From Octopus vulgaris (lineage: Eukaryota), in the NCBI GenBank assembly GCA_951406725.2, contig OX597814.1, forward strand, positions 152,334,001 through 152,398,000: DNA of 64,000 nucleotides, given 5' to 3'. Positions within the stretch are counted from its first letter, which is position 1. The number at the start of each line of letters is the position of its first letter. The position numbers and the translations under genes are program-made. The notes beneath the pieces were generated by a model. The model searched no databases and was not told the DNA's origin. It was given only the letters and a program-made list of their open reading frames with translations. Positions 41,940 to 54,865 of the stretch are shown here, piece after piece.

Positions 41940-43620
41940 TTAGTAGAAAATTATGCCTCCATGGACATGCATGTGGCTAAGTAAATCTACCTTTGAGAAG
42001 CAGACACAGCCATACTTGTTACACGAAAGACACTCATTCGTATCCTTCACAAGAAGAGTGTCCATATACTCCATATATTTACAGTACGTCTTAATGTATA
42101 CAGTCCTGTTGCTCTCAAATTCTTCATCAGCATTAATATCGATATTTCCGGGCATTAATATCGATATCGATCTTGGTGTGTAAAGATTGTCTCTGAAACT
42201 CTTGCGTGGCTTCCACTGGGGACGTTTTCCCTTCTCCAGTTCACCATACAACACCTGTTTTGCCATGCTGAACGGATATGACCAGACCATCTAAGTTGGT
42301 GTTTCATAATCATGGATTCGATAATCATCATTTTCGCCATCAGCAGTACTCTCGTATCAGACACACGAGATTGACATAAGATCTTCAGAATAATACGCAA
42401 GCATCACTAGTGGAATCAGTCGAGACGGTGGATTTGCCTGCAATAGGTTGTCCAGGTTTCGCATCCATTCAATAGCACTAAGACACATGCTTGATAGACT
42501 TCAACGACCAGAGTCTCGGTTCAAGCTTTCCAAATTATCAGAGTCCTTAGAAAATCAATAACTGACCACCCCGTCAGGTGTATTAAATTTAGATAGTGTG
42601 CTATCAAGGTATACAAACGTATCCACGAAGTCTAATGTAAATAATGTACGTATCACGAATTTTAATTTTCCCCTTTGACACATATCGACGGTGCGATGAC
42701 TATAATTATAGTACAACCGATCTGGTGCTGGTTGTAACATGATTACGGTTTGATTGTAAGTCCAAACTCATCACAGGCAGCTGCAAGTCTTCCTCAGTGT
42801 GGGTTACGAGATCGCAATCTTCAGCGTAAATGAGATCATGAATGAGAGCCACGAAAGATTTAGTTACTGCAGTAAAACAAGGGATATTGAAGAACTTTCT
42901 TCTTTTATGGTAACGGATCTAGATACCACCATTACTATGTGCAAGAGCTTGCAAGCTAACAACAGCAGAGAAAATGACGAATAATTTTGAAGCCAGGAGG
43001 TCATTGTGTTTAACATCAGATTCAACTAAGATGGGTTGTAGTTGGTCACCGTTGACACAAAACCTTTGCTTTCAAGTTGTCATGAAGATGTTAAATGAGC
43101 TCTGTGAACTTTTCCGGATTCCCCGGCTTAATAAGGACACCCAAAGAGTTAGCCTATGCACAGTGTCAAAAGCCTTAGTAAGACCGATGAGACTCTGGCA
43201 CAGATTAAGCTGTGCTCTACACTTCTCTTGAATTTGTCGGGTTGTAAAGAATATATCAGTGGTACTTCAATCTGGCTGAAAGCTACAATGTAACTCAGAA
43301 AGAATGTCTGGTGCAGCATGGTCCAGCAACCGAATGAGAAGCATCCTTGCAAAGATGTTGCCAACAACTGAGAAAGGGAGGTCCCACAGTAATTGTCACA
43401 TCTCTTTGGGTTCTTTGGTTATACAATGAAACGAAGGTGGTGTCTCTCCACTCTTGAGAAGTTTCGCCTCTTGTCCACTCTATGTGAAATATGATAGATG
43501 AAAGCCCCAGTATCTCATCACCAGTTCAGCAACAATGCCATCAATACTAAGGGCTTTGCCTGGTATTCATCAACTTTACAGCTTCCGATTTTTCATCATT
43601 AGAGGGTAGAATATAGAAAA
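41940..43620 (-). pseudogene. Decayed RTE (BovB-like) LINE, RT to C-terminus
   Basis: Minus-strand frames FTTRQIQEKCR, LTKAFDTVHR, FVYLDSTLS, QLRWSGHI and KQVLYGELEKGKRPQWKPRKSFRDNL, then a C-terminal Cys/His motif. Confidence 0.85.
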
Positions 43621-43818
43621 GGATCGACGACTAATTCTCCATCCAAGGGTATTTTTCATCTCAAAGTTCCGCACGCAGTTGTCTATAACATTAATTACAC
43701 ACACCATTAAAAATAATATATTGTACATGTGTATATATATATATATACAAACATGTATGTATATACATACATGTAATAAATATATATACACCTATATGTT
43801 TATCCTTAAACAAGAATA

Positions 43819-43891
43819 TTGTTGACGGAGACTTCGAAGTTTCGGCCAGTTAATCCATCGTCGACCGAAATTTCGAAGTCACTATCAACAA
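43819..43891. repeat. Imperfect hairpin made of two opposed hammerhead-like 3' halves
   Basis: TGTTGACGGAGACTTCGAAGTTTCGG pairs with CCGAAATTTCGAAGTCACTATCAACA. Confidence 0.75.
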
Positions 43892-44685
43892 CATCCTCTG
43901 TAAAAGTATAGAGTAATTTCTCAGATTTACTCTATACTTAAAATTTGTGTAACGTTGTTTTTATTACGACTAAACAAGAAAACAAAATATTAATATATAT
44001 GTGTGTGTATGTGTATGAGTGTGTATGTGTGTATGTGTGTGTGAGTGTGTGAGTGTGTGTGTGTGTATATATGTATGTATATATGTTTATGCATATAAAT
44101 ATATATATATACGCGTATATGTGTGTATATACGCTTATATATGTATAAATGCATGTACATATGTGTACATAAATGTGTGTGTGTGTGTGTTTGTTTTTGT
44201 GTGTGTATAGTATGAGTGTGTATTTCGCAAGTGGCTATATTATTAATAAAGTCATGTCTACATTTTTTATGAAAAGCAGAGAGAATATCGTAGAGGTAGA
44301 ATTAGAACTAAAAGCAACTGAAAAAAAGATATTTTGTCATTTTTTAAGTGTATAAAAATATTAGAAGTAGAGGTTTCTCATATCTACATATACATTTTAT
44401 GAATTCACTGCTACAGTCAATGTTATTAGTATTTCAGCTATACCACTTAGAATATAAAACAATTTCAAGTATCAGTCAGTACCTATTTCCTATCAAATCT
44501 AGAATATGCATTACTCGTATGATATCCTGCCGAATACCTGCAATTCTAATATTTTATGTTCGATTATAATGCATTTTTCTGTGTGCCTATTAATTTTCTT
44601 AGAGGATAATGTAATTCACTTGATACACGTACAAAAGCACTAGGTCATACACATGCGTGTGTGTGTGTATGGATATATAATCATA

Positions 44686-44933
44686 TCTATTATATAAAAT
44701 TCGTTCTGTCTGTCTATGTGTGTGTATCTTCTAAGATCTCAGGCATCCTCTATCCGATTGCGCTCATATTTGATATGTAGATACCGACTGTATTAGGGCG
44801 TGTATAAGTCTTGAAAAAATTACAAAAATCAATTCCAGGTGAGAATGCGATCGATAAAGCCGTGGGAAAGTACATTTGTACGCGCAAGTACATCAGCACC
44901 GTCCATTGGACGGGGAGGGTGGCGTTTTGCTCG
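44686..44933 (+). mobile_element. Non-autonomous Helitron-like element with CTCG 3' end
   Basis: A|TCTATTATATAAAAT start, hairpin CCGTCCATTGGACGG, end TTTTGCTCG|T. Longer relative at 59497-60055(-). Confidence 0.75.
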
Positions 44934-44984
44934 TATTATATATAATAATAAATGTTACAAAAAGAAAATAGAGACTACACACAC

Positions 44985-45094
<110 letters not shown>

Positions 45095-45334
45095 GATGAA
45101 GGAAACGGAAGATTTAGCTATATTCGGTACGACGATTGTTTCGACCCATCCTGCCACTGTCTGTTATGGGTAGGATTTTGCGCATCTAATTGTCTTGCAT
45201 CAATCTGTGCAGTTTGTATCACATCAGGTACATGCATAAAGAAGGAGATACGCCGCTAGATATCCTGAGATGTCTTAGGCATGTTATACGTGCCTGCTGT
45301 ATTATGATGGACTTTTCCTTCGAGGACGACCTAT

Positions 45335-45739
<405 letters not shown>

Positions 45740-46269
45740 GTCACAGAATTCGATGGAATCAAGGTATTTAAATAGCAAAGCACCGACTAAAGAAAATACA
45801 AATTTATCCTTCCAGCTTTGCACACGTTCACAAGTACTGACCAAATACACAACGTGTATACGAAGTCACACAAGAATACGTTTCGGAACGTAGTCACCTA
45901 TAAGCTCAACGTAGGGATTGCTCTGAGTGTAGTGAAGTGTAAACAATCACATAGATGGGTTGAGGTTAACTACAGGTGTTTCAGACGAGTTCTTCATTGA
46001 TGAATAAAAATATTACATCATGTAAAAATTTAACATTTAGAATTTTTCGCATAAATAGAACATTATCATTTCTACTAAAGGCACAAGGCCTGAAATTTGG
46101 CGTGAGGGAACTAGTCGATTGCATTAATCCCAGTGTTTCACTGATACTTCATTTGTCGACCATGAAAGGATGAAAGACAAGTCGAACTCGGCGGAATTTG
46201 AACTCAGAACGTAAAGACGGACGAAATGCCGCTCATTGCTGTTTATTTGTTTGAGTTTCGATCGAGTGT

Positions 46270-46660
46270 CATATGGGTAAGCGCAGGGTGGATGAGAGCG
46301 TCTTACTCGTGGTCCTTTTAGGATTCTAGTGGGGGTTTTAGTTTGTCTATCTATAGTGGGAGGGTTAATGTGTCTAGTAGTGGGGCTTGTTCCCCCCGGA
46401 ACTTAGTTCAGAGATGTGTTTTTTAAGTCTAGTGTTTGCTATGAATTTAATTTGCTGAAAGAAGCCGCTAGCGGCTAGTGCCTGGTTTTAGTATGTGGCG
46501 TGGTTATTGCAGATTTCCTCCGTGGCTAAGAGATCCGATATCCGGATAGACATGCCTTCGATTATACTATCGAAGGTAGATTTATGGTGATTAGAGTTTA
46601 TGCTAATGTATCGGAGGTATTAATTAGGTTTATGGTAGAGGGAGTTTGTTTTCCCTGTCC
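46270..46660 (-). pseudogene. Decayed Penelope-like RT thumb region
   Basis: LYHKPN*YLRYISINSNHHKSTFDSIIEGMSIRISDLLATEEICNNHATY*NQALAASGF matches the PLE YRKPN...YI...SNHP...ALxxSGY pattern. Confidence 0.75.
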
Positions 46661-47025
46661 TGTTTGTGTTACCAATTTTGACCCTCCGCAATATCCCCAA
46701 TTTTCTTTAATTTGCTTTGCGGGAGCAACTGTTTTATTGAAAGAGTATATTGTTAAACACTCGAAATGCGAGAGTAGAAAAACAGCCAACAACTGATGAA
46801 GGGTTGTTCTTTATGTTGTTTGTCTTGATTTCCATTTGTGTCTTTCGTTGTTAGAAAACATAGTTCATATTCCATGTACTTCTATTTCGTATTTTTTTGT
46901 TGTACACGTTTCGTGATGTCCTGTGCCTACATATGCAAATACATATCTACGAATTGATGTAAGTATGTACATATACGTATGTATATATGGATATATAGTA
47001 TTCATATTATATATATATATTTAAC

Positions 47026-47063
<38 letters not shown>

Positions 47064-47411
47064 GAAGTTGAAATGCACTGGGATTCATTTAAATTTTAAA
47101 TTTTTTTAATTTTTAAAGACTTAACCGGTTTTCCAGTTGTTTCTGATTTTCAATAGTTGAGATAAAAATACGTTGATCTATGTTGCAACTGCCTTTCTTC
47201 TGGTCAGAATTCAAAAATTGTCTTGTTTTTATAGAGAGAACATGGTTCAAATTAGTATCTGTTTTCGTGATTGGTCAAGGATGATCAGGTGATCAGGTTT
47301 TAAGAATTTTTGTAAGTTCTCCGCTAACTCCGTTCTTTAATGCCATGTGACAATATGTTTGGTGCCCAACGACGCCAAATATGTTGTGCATGTATGTATG
47401 TGTGTGTGCCC

Positions 47412-47448
<37 letters not shown>

Positions 47449-49239
47449 TGTGTGTGTGCGTGAGTATGTGAGCATGAGTATGTGAGCGTGCATGCAGTTG
47501 TGTTTGTACTTGCTCACTCATGTGTATATACTGCAGCGCTTGTTACATTGATGATATACAGTTTTCATGAACGGGGGTTGAAGCAATGAAGCTGTCCAGG
47601 TTGTAAAATGTCGGCCGTGAGTGATGTGTGAGCATCACATAACATTTTGCAACAAAAGCAATGAGAGGGAGGAGGAGGGGGAGAGCGAAATAGAGCGAAA
47701 GAGGGGAGAAACGAAAAAACACTGAAACAAAATCAGAAACATAAATTGAAATATAGAACGGGAGAGTGTTTTGTACAGTTCATCACTTGCAGGTATTTTG
47801 CTTGTTTGTTAGATTATAATTTAAAAGGGAAAATTCCATAATTTGACAGAGTCGTTATCATAAAGAAATGTAATGTCAAATATGAAGTTACACGCAACAG
47901 ATCACCTTTGATATAAATGTTTTTAAAACTCGTTCTTCGCATCGTTGTTGGGCTTTTATTTCAGCTTTAATTATTAAATGTTTTATTTATTTATTTGTTT
48001 ATTGTTATGGCGCCTTTGTCTAATTAAGTAATCATCATTTTAGTATATTCATTATTATTGATATTACAGTTAATTCTGTTTAATGTATGGATTTGAAAAA
48101 GAACATTATTATTTCGTGGTAATATAAAACAACGAACATTCACAAAGAAAACATAATCACAAAATAATGCTATTTATTCGGAAAGGGAGAAATAAAAAGA
48201 AAATCAGAATTTCAAATTAATAAAGAATAAAGCTAATGGTTATATTAATATCTGCATAATGTCTTCGTTCAGTATCTCTGCTGAAAAATGGGATGAATGT
48301 TCCTTGTTCGTTTATAATGGCAAAAGCATGTAGAAAAGGTATGAGAAATCTATCGATCTATCGATCAAACACAACCAAAGTAGTTCATCATTCCGGAACA
48401 TGATCGATAAGATACGTTACATGTTATAATTTATACTCATGTGAGAGTGGATTGATGTATATTTTATCACAAATGACATCTTTTTCTCTTCAATACATCA
48501 GATGAATGATAGCAACGATGGCCGCTCATTTTCCGACATGCCACGTAATTTGTGAAAGACTTGTAATGAGAACACAAAACCCTTTACTGTGAAACAGAGA
48601 CTATTGAGCGTTCATGTTTTTTTTCTCCAACCATATTGGTAGCCTAAATGATTTAAATGTGCTACATTTGAGAATCGAAACTGGTTCAAAAAGTTGGATC
48701 TGTGGTGGATTAGATTTAGTGTACATTGCTCTCTACTACGCCAACCCTATGCGCCACCAAGGTGGGGTGAGAAATCTTGCGGGAAGACGAAATTTGGCCT
48801 GCATTAAAATTTGTAACAGCTCTGTGACAAAGTTTTATTAAGAAAAAAATTATTTAAAAGAACTATTTAAGGTTGAAGGCGAAGAAGTAATATACGAAAA
48901 GTTGCTTTGAACACCCACAAGATATCCTCAAATTTCTCTTGTAGCATTAATCACGCGTCAGAATATATATGAATTGATGACGAGTAGATCATACCATTGT
49001 CATAGCCAATTATATTTCAGCATTTGTTTTCCTTCCACCGCCTTCAAAAAACATTGTTTGCGGGCATTTATTGTCTTATGTGCTTTTTATCCGCGATAAA
49101 TAGCAAAAATGTTTGCTAGTTGCGTTAAGTTCAATAATTTTGAATCCTGGAAAATTTACAGTCCATTTGCTTACTTGCATTAAAGATTTTAGATCCTCAT
49201 TGTAAAGCGCAATAACTAGTATTAATAAATATAATAAAA

Positions 49240-50600
49240 TTTATGGCAAAAGGTCTTTGTTCAATGAAAAACGGACGTGTAACATTTTCTTAGGAGTAAA
49301 TGAAAAGTATGTAGAATATTGATAAAAAGTTTCGATTTCAGTTTCTTAAAAAATGTAATATTGAAGTTCCAAGCATAAAGGATAGGATAAATTAAATAGA
49401 AATCTGTATTTAGACAAGCTATTTTTTATTTTCAAAATTCTGTCAATAGCAATCTATTTTCAAAAGACATTGATGAACGGAATGTGAGTTGGGTGGGATA
49501 AATTTAAAGAAAGTGAAATTACACATTGAAGGTGATTTTATTATAGAGTGAGAAAACATCTGCTATTGTAATTCAAAAGTCAGACAGAAGAATAGTTTTA
49601 GACTGTGTATTCTTTGTATTATATTCGCTAGCTGTAGATGAGACAAGAAATATAGCAAATATTGAATAGTTTGCTATAATTTATAATTTACGATATGAGA
49701 TTTATTTACTTCAAAATCCATGAATAAGGTTATAATGGTAAAGAACATTTTTCTAGTTTTTATAGTGTGCCATATCTATAGCTTTATTCAATAAGAGTGT
49801 CAATACCTTAATAGTGCCTCATTGCTTTATTCATTGACAGAATTGATGTGCATATTGTCAAATAATGTGATGAAAGTAGTGAAAAAATATATCTACTTCG
49901 TGAAAATTAAAGGTTAAACAACAAAGAATTTAAAGAATTTTAATGGTATCAAACCGGTGATTTATGGCACCTTCTTGAAGTTCGCTAGGCAAAAGATGTA
50001 ATCTCAAACTTTACTTCATCGCTGGAGTAAAGCTTTTAATAAGTGTTAACTCTTTGCCTGTCCTACGTATCACATGTGTCCATGCATCATACATGATGCA
50101 CATTCCCAATTTTTTCGACCACAAGAGTAACTTGAGACTTTATATTACTCAGAAGGCTGGAAATCAGAGCCAACTAAAAATCTGAAAACAAGCATGGAGG
50201 TTTAGAAAAACCCCAGACAATGTTTTGGGCAAACAAATTAAAAGTATTTACATTTGACGATTTGAGGACCAAAGGTGATACGGGATTTGGAATTTTTGCT
50301 CGATATCACTAGCCCCATAACTCTCATCTTAGTTTGAAATTATGAGAGCCAAATCAGTTATTACTTCTCTTTCCAAATCAGGGACTTTGAAATACTACTG
50401 CTATTGTTCATAGCTCGAACTAAAATCAGTGGCTGATTCATTTTCTAACACTGTTAAAACCAGAAACCACGACCAGTGATGAAGTATATAACAGAGCATT
50501 TCGATATTTTTTCAATTTCAAAAATTTCAAGATTTAGAAGAAGGGGGTTCGAACTCTAAATAAGTGCAACTCCTTTTGGTGTGATGCCTAGTAATTCAAG
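49240..50600 (+). mobile_element. Decayed hAT (SPIN/GTF2IRD2-like) transposase remnant
   Basis: YSLAVDETRNIANIE*FAI (first catalytic Asp motif) and DLEFLLDIT. Confidence 0.55.
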
Positions 50601-51671
50601 TTAATATATTTGCAATCAGATATTTTGATATTCGAATATAATAGTTTATCTATTTTGGAATTTTGTACATACCACGTCGATAAAAAAATTTATTCACTTT
50701 TTAGGAATCAGGTATTTTATATTAGAATTTTATCGAAATTTATTCTGCTAATTTATTCTTTTTATCAGCCTGCACCCAAAATCTTTCTCCAGAGCTACAA
50801 ATATTTCTATCACCCAAATCTAAATATGTTCGCCATATACTTTTTCACAATAATAATTTCTTTACTATAACTTTTGAATTTACTTCTAAATATTTAAGTA
50901 AAAGAGGTTCTTAGTCCCAGTTTCTGTCACTTTTCCATAATTGTTTAATTCATAATTTTAAATACTACAAAATGTTTTTATTTCGCTTAATTTAAAAGAT
51001 ATATGTACTAACATTAAAGTAAAAATACTAGTAAATTATTTCCCTGTCGACGAGAACTCTTGTTTCATTGAATAAAGTGGAGAGACCTTGAGTCAGGATG
51101 TAATTTAAGCGTATGAAACTTGAAGGTTAAAGAAAGGAATAAAATGTAAAGATTGAGTGACTAGCTGATGAAGGTGTGGGATGAATATGTAAAGAAGTTT
51201 AACTTTCAGCTTAGATATTTGTGAAGATATGCATGATTGAAAAGTTTAAAAGTTTTATAGAATTTATAGTGTAAGTTATTTTTACATGAATCAAAATTTC
51301 TAATCTTTTTTAAATATAAAAAACGCTGATAATATAACAAACAAGAAAGTGAAATTTAATTAATTTTTAGCAAAATATAAAGCTCATTATATAGTATATA
51401 GTAGAAGTTATTGAAGTATGTATGTGTAAAGGTGGTAAAGCATTGATTCGATGCCAAAAGCCATTTTTCTACAAATCACATAAAGAGTAAAATCTAAATG
51501 TATTAACGAATTTTTATAAACAGAAGAGTGGACTGTAATGTGAAGCCTATTGTTATAGGAAGTTATCTATTATCAGCTACAAATAACAAAACACCAAAAT
51601 ATTCCACAGAGTATAACGTTTTAATTTCAATCAAAGTTATTACCGTGTAATGAGAAGTCGAGGTATACATA

Positions 51672-52941
51672 CGAGGGACGTTCAATAAGTAATGCCCCTG
51701 ACCCACTTGCATTTGTTTGATCTAGCTGAAATTTTGCATGTGTAATTATTTATATCTCTATGGATTAAGTGGCAAATTACAGCTCTGAACTAATTGTGAT
51801 TTCTGATTTACAGGTGTTTGAACTGAGTCAAGTGTGAAATGGAACATGTTGAGTGTCGAGCAGTGATCCGGTTTTTGTATTTGAAAGAACGCACACCACG
51901 GGAGACTTTTGATGAAAGGAAAGTAACTTATGGTGATGATGCACCATCATATGACCTTGTAAAATGCTGGCATCGTGAATTCAAACATGGTCGGAACTCT
52001 GTGGAAACAGCTCCCAGATCTGGTCGCCCCCTGTCCATCAAGTTGAGGCTGCCATTTTGGAAGATCGACACATAACTATTCGTCAAATAGCCCATGAGGT
52101 CAAGATTAGTACCGGGTCTGTGGAAACTATCATTTATGACCATTTGCATATGCAAAAGGTGTCTGCCAGATGGATTCCCAGGTTGCTCACACCTTTCCAG
52201 AAGCAAGAACGCGTCGAGTGCTCGAGGGTGAATTTGGAGATGTGCCAAGAAGATGTGTCAAAATTTTTCAAAAGACTGATTACACAGGATGAAACCTGGG
52301 TCCATCACTATGATCCAGAGACCAAAGCCCAGTCAATGCAGTAGAAGCACCGTGACTCACCTCCTCCAAAGAAGGCAAGGGTGCAGCCCTCTGCTGGCAA
52401 GGACATGCTCACAGTCTTCTGGGACCAGGACGGAGTAGTTATGACAGATTTCCTGGCAAAGGGTACCACAATGACAGGAGCCTATTATGCTTCACTTTTG
52501 AGGAAATTAAGAGAAGCTATCAAAATCAAGAGGCGAGGCAAGATCAGCAAAGGCATCCTCCTCCTGCAGGACAACGCTCCTGTCCACAACTCGCGTGTTG
52601 TCAGATCAGAAGCACACGCGTGCAGCTATGAACTCCTCTCCCATCCCCCTACTCTCCTGACCTTGCACCCTCTGATTTTCACCTCTTCCCAGCCATGAAG
52701 TTGTTTTTGAAAGGAAAGTGTTTCCCAGATGATGCAGCCTTGATTTCTGAAGTCACATCGTGGTTGGAGGACCAAGCTGGAGTCTTCTACAAAAACGGTC
52801 TCCAGAGCTGCATCAAACGATGGGAGAAATGCGCAACTCTGGGTGGTTCCTATGTAGAAAAAGACTAATAACTGTGCCAAGTTTCGTTGCTCTACTGCTA
52901 TGGGAAGTGGGTCAGGGGCATTACTTATTGAACGCCCCTCG
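51672..52941 (+). mobile_element. Full-length mariner element (1270 bp)
   Basis: ~40-bp TIRs CGAGGG(A/G)CGTTCAATAAGTAATGCCCCTGACCCACTT with TA at both flanks. Confidence 0.97.
51839..52868 (+). pseudogene. mariner D,D34D transposase, disrupted
   Basis: MEHVECRAVIRFL, WIPRLL, ITQDETWVHHY, LLQDNAPVH and YSPDLAPSDFHLF. Frameshifts near 52040 and 52650, and a TAG at 52342. Confidence 0.95.
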
Positions 52942-53370
52942 TAGCTTTGGTTAATATGGTTAAGAGATTGATACTGGTAATTCTTGATTAATTAGTATGC
53001 TAGTGGTTCTTGGCAAAATTTAATGTTGAGTAAAGCTGTTTGCCACTTCACTTCCTCCGGAAGCGATGGTGTTTAATTAGAAGACTTAATTTTGCCAAAC
53101 AAAATGCAAGTAATTCATTCGAGTATATATATATATATATATATATATATAATGTATGTATGTATGTATATTTGTATGTATGTATGTATGTATGTATGTA
53201 TGTATGTATGTATGCATGATTGAATAAACCTAATACAAAAGAAACAAAGACAACAAGAGTTCAACAAGGATGTACATATGTGATCTTTCAGACGGTGAGC
53301 ACGTGAACTAACCCGCTTGCATTTTCTCCTGGCTCTTTTCTCGTTATCTCTTTTCCTCTCTTTTCTCAAG

Positions 53371-53403
53371 CATCTGATGAAGCATCTATGTCCGAAACGT
53401 TCT
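53371..53403 (+). ncRNA. Minimal hammerhead ribozyme-like motif
   Basis: CUGAUGA-AGCAUCUAUGUCC-GAAAC-GUUC with palindromic AACGUU. Helices I and II are weak. Confidence 0.45.
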
Positions 53404-53602
53404 AACTTTGTTTTCCTTCTTTAAGCGTCAACCTAATAGTATTGACTGTGAACGCCCCTTGAACATTTGTTGCTCATTTTTGCTATTTGTAATTGTTTTG
53501 CTTTATTTATTGCACGCTTACGTGCGCCTTCCACGTGTTTCGAACCGATAATTTCGAGTAACTTAGATCTCGGATTACGCCGAAGATTTTTCCCAAATGA
53601 TG

Positions 53603-53693
<91 letters not shown>

Positions 53694-53960
53694 ATTTGGA
53701 ATATATTAATTTAGACGCTTAATTGTCTTATTAAGTTAACGTGACATTAACAATTTAGAGCCCTTTGAAAAAGGACTCCTAATTTTTTTATTGTAAGTCC
53801 ATATTTATTAATATTATGATTATTATTACTACACCGGTCTATGTCTATATTTATAGTTAATATGTTTCAACATTTATATATATTCGTCTATACATAGGAG
53901 TATGAATGAGAGAATAGTTCAATCACACATAACACGCACATACATACACACATATACATA

Positions 53961-54012
<52 letters not shown>

Positions 54013-54017
<5 letters not shown>

Positions 54018-54223
54018 TATATAATTAGGGCTTAGTAAAATAAATTACTTTGCCACATACTGAACTTTCTAGAAATAGCAGCCAAAAAGTTTTTTAGCCA
54101 TTTCCACTACTTTAATTTTCTTAAAGTAGTGGAAATGGCTAAAAAACTTTTTGGCTGCTATTTCTAGAAAGTTCAGTATGTGGCAAAGTAATTTATTTTA
54201 CTAAGCCCTAATTATATAATGTA
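54013..54223. repeat. Perfect palindrome, 103-bp arms, 5-nt loop
   Basis: 54013-54115 is the reverse complement of 54121-54223, with loop TTTTC. Confidence 0.95.
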
Positions 54224-54314
54224 ATATTTTGAATTCGCCTTAAATGGTCTTTTTGCATACTGAACACTACTTTGGTGAAATTGATTAATAACTAATTAAT
54301 TTTACCCTCAATTG

Positions 54315-54363
<49 letters not shown>

Positions 54364-54636
54364 ACTGTTGTGTCTGGGGGAGTCTTTTCTTTTTGTGCCT
54401 TATAATCTAACACACTCACCGATAAAATTTCCACTTGTTTCTAATTTTTTTATTTTCCTAAAATTTTCGTTGCGTCTTGCAACCTTTTCAAAAGTCTTGA
54501 CTCTTGAAAAGTGGTATAAAAGTTGCAAGACGCAACGAAAATTTTAGGAAAATAAAAAATAAAAAATAAGTGGAAATTTTACCGGTGAGTGTGTTATAAG
54601 GCACAAAAAGAAAATTACTCTCTCCAGACACAACAG
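54364..54636. repeat. Imperfect inverted repeat, ~120-bp arms
   Basis: CTGTTGTGTCTGG...CGTTGCGTCTTGCAAC is mirrored by GTTGCAAGACGCAACG...CCAGACACAACAG. Confidence 0.9.
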
Positions 54637-54689
54637 AATATGCTTCAACACACGAACTCATATAAAGAATCGTGCAAACCAAATCCAAA

Positions 54690-54776
<87 letters not shown>

Positions 54777-54865
54777 CTTGTATGTATGTATGTATGTATG
54801 TATGTATGTATGTATGTATGTATGTATGTATGTATGCATGTATGTACGTATGTATGTATAGAAAT

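Noticed and set aside
45135-45180. GAAAC-AAUC-GUC with an ACCCAU/AUGGGU stem (similar half-motifs at 23885-23900, 53530-53545 and 60750-60785)
   Set aside because: No CUGANGA-type 5' core at the right distance, so at most hammerhead fragments.
47363-47376. TGGTGCCCAACG resembling a tRNA-Lys primer-binding site
   Set aside because: No adjacent LTR or gag/pol sequence. Chance match.
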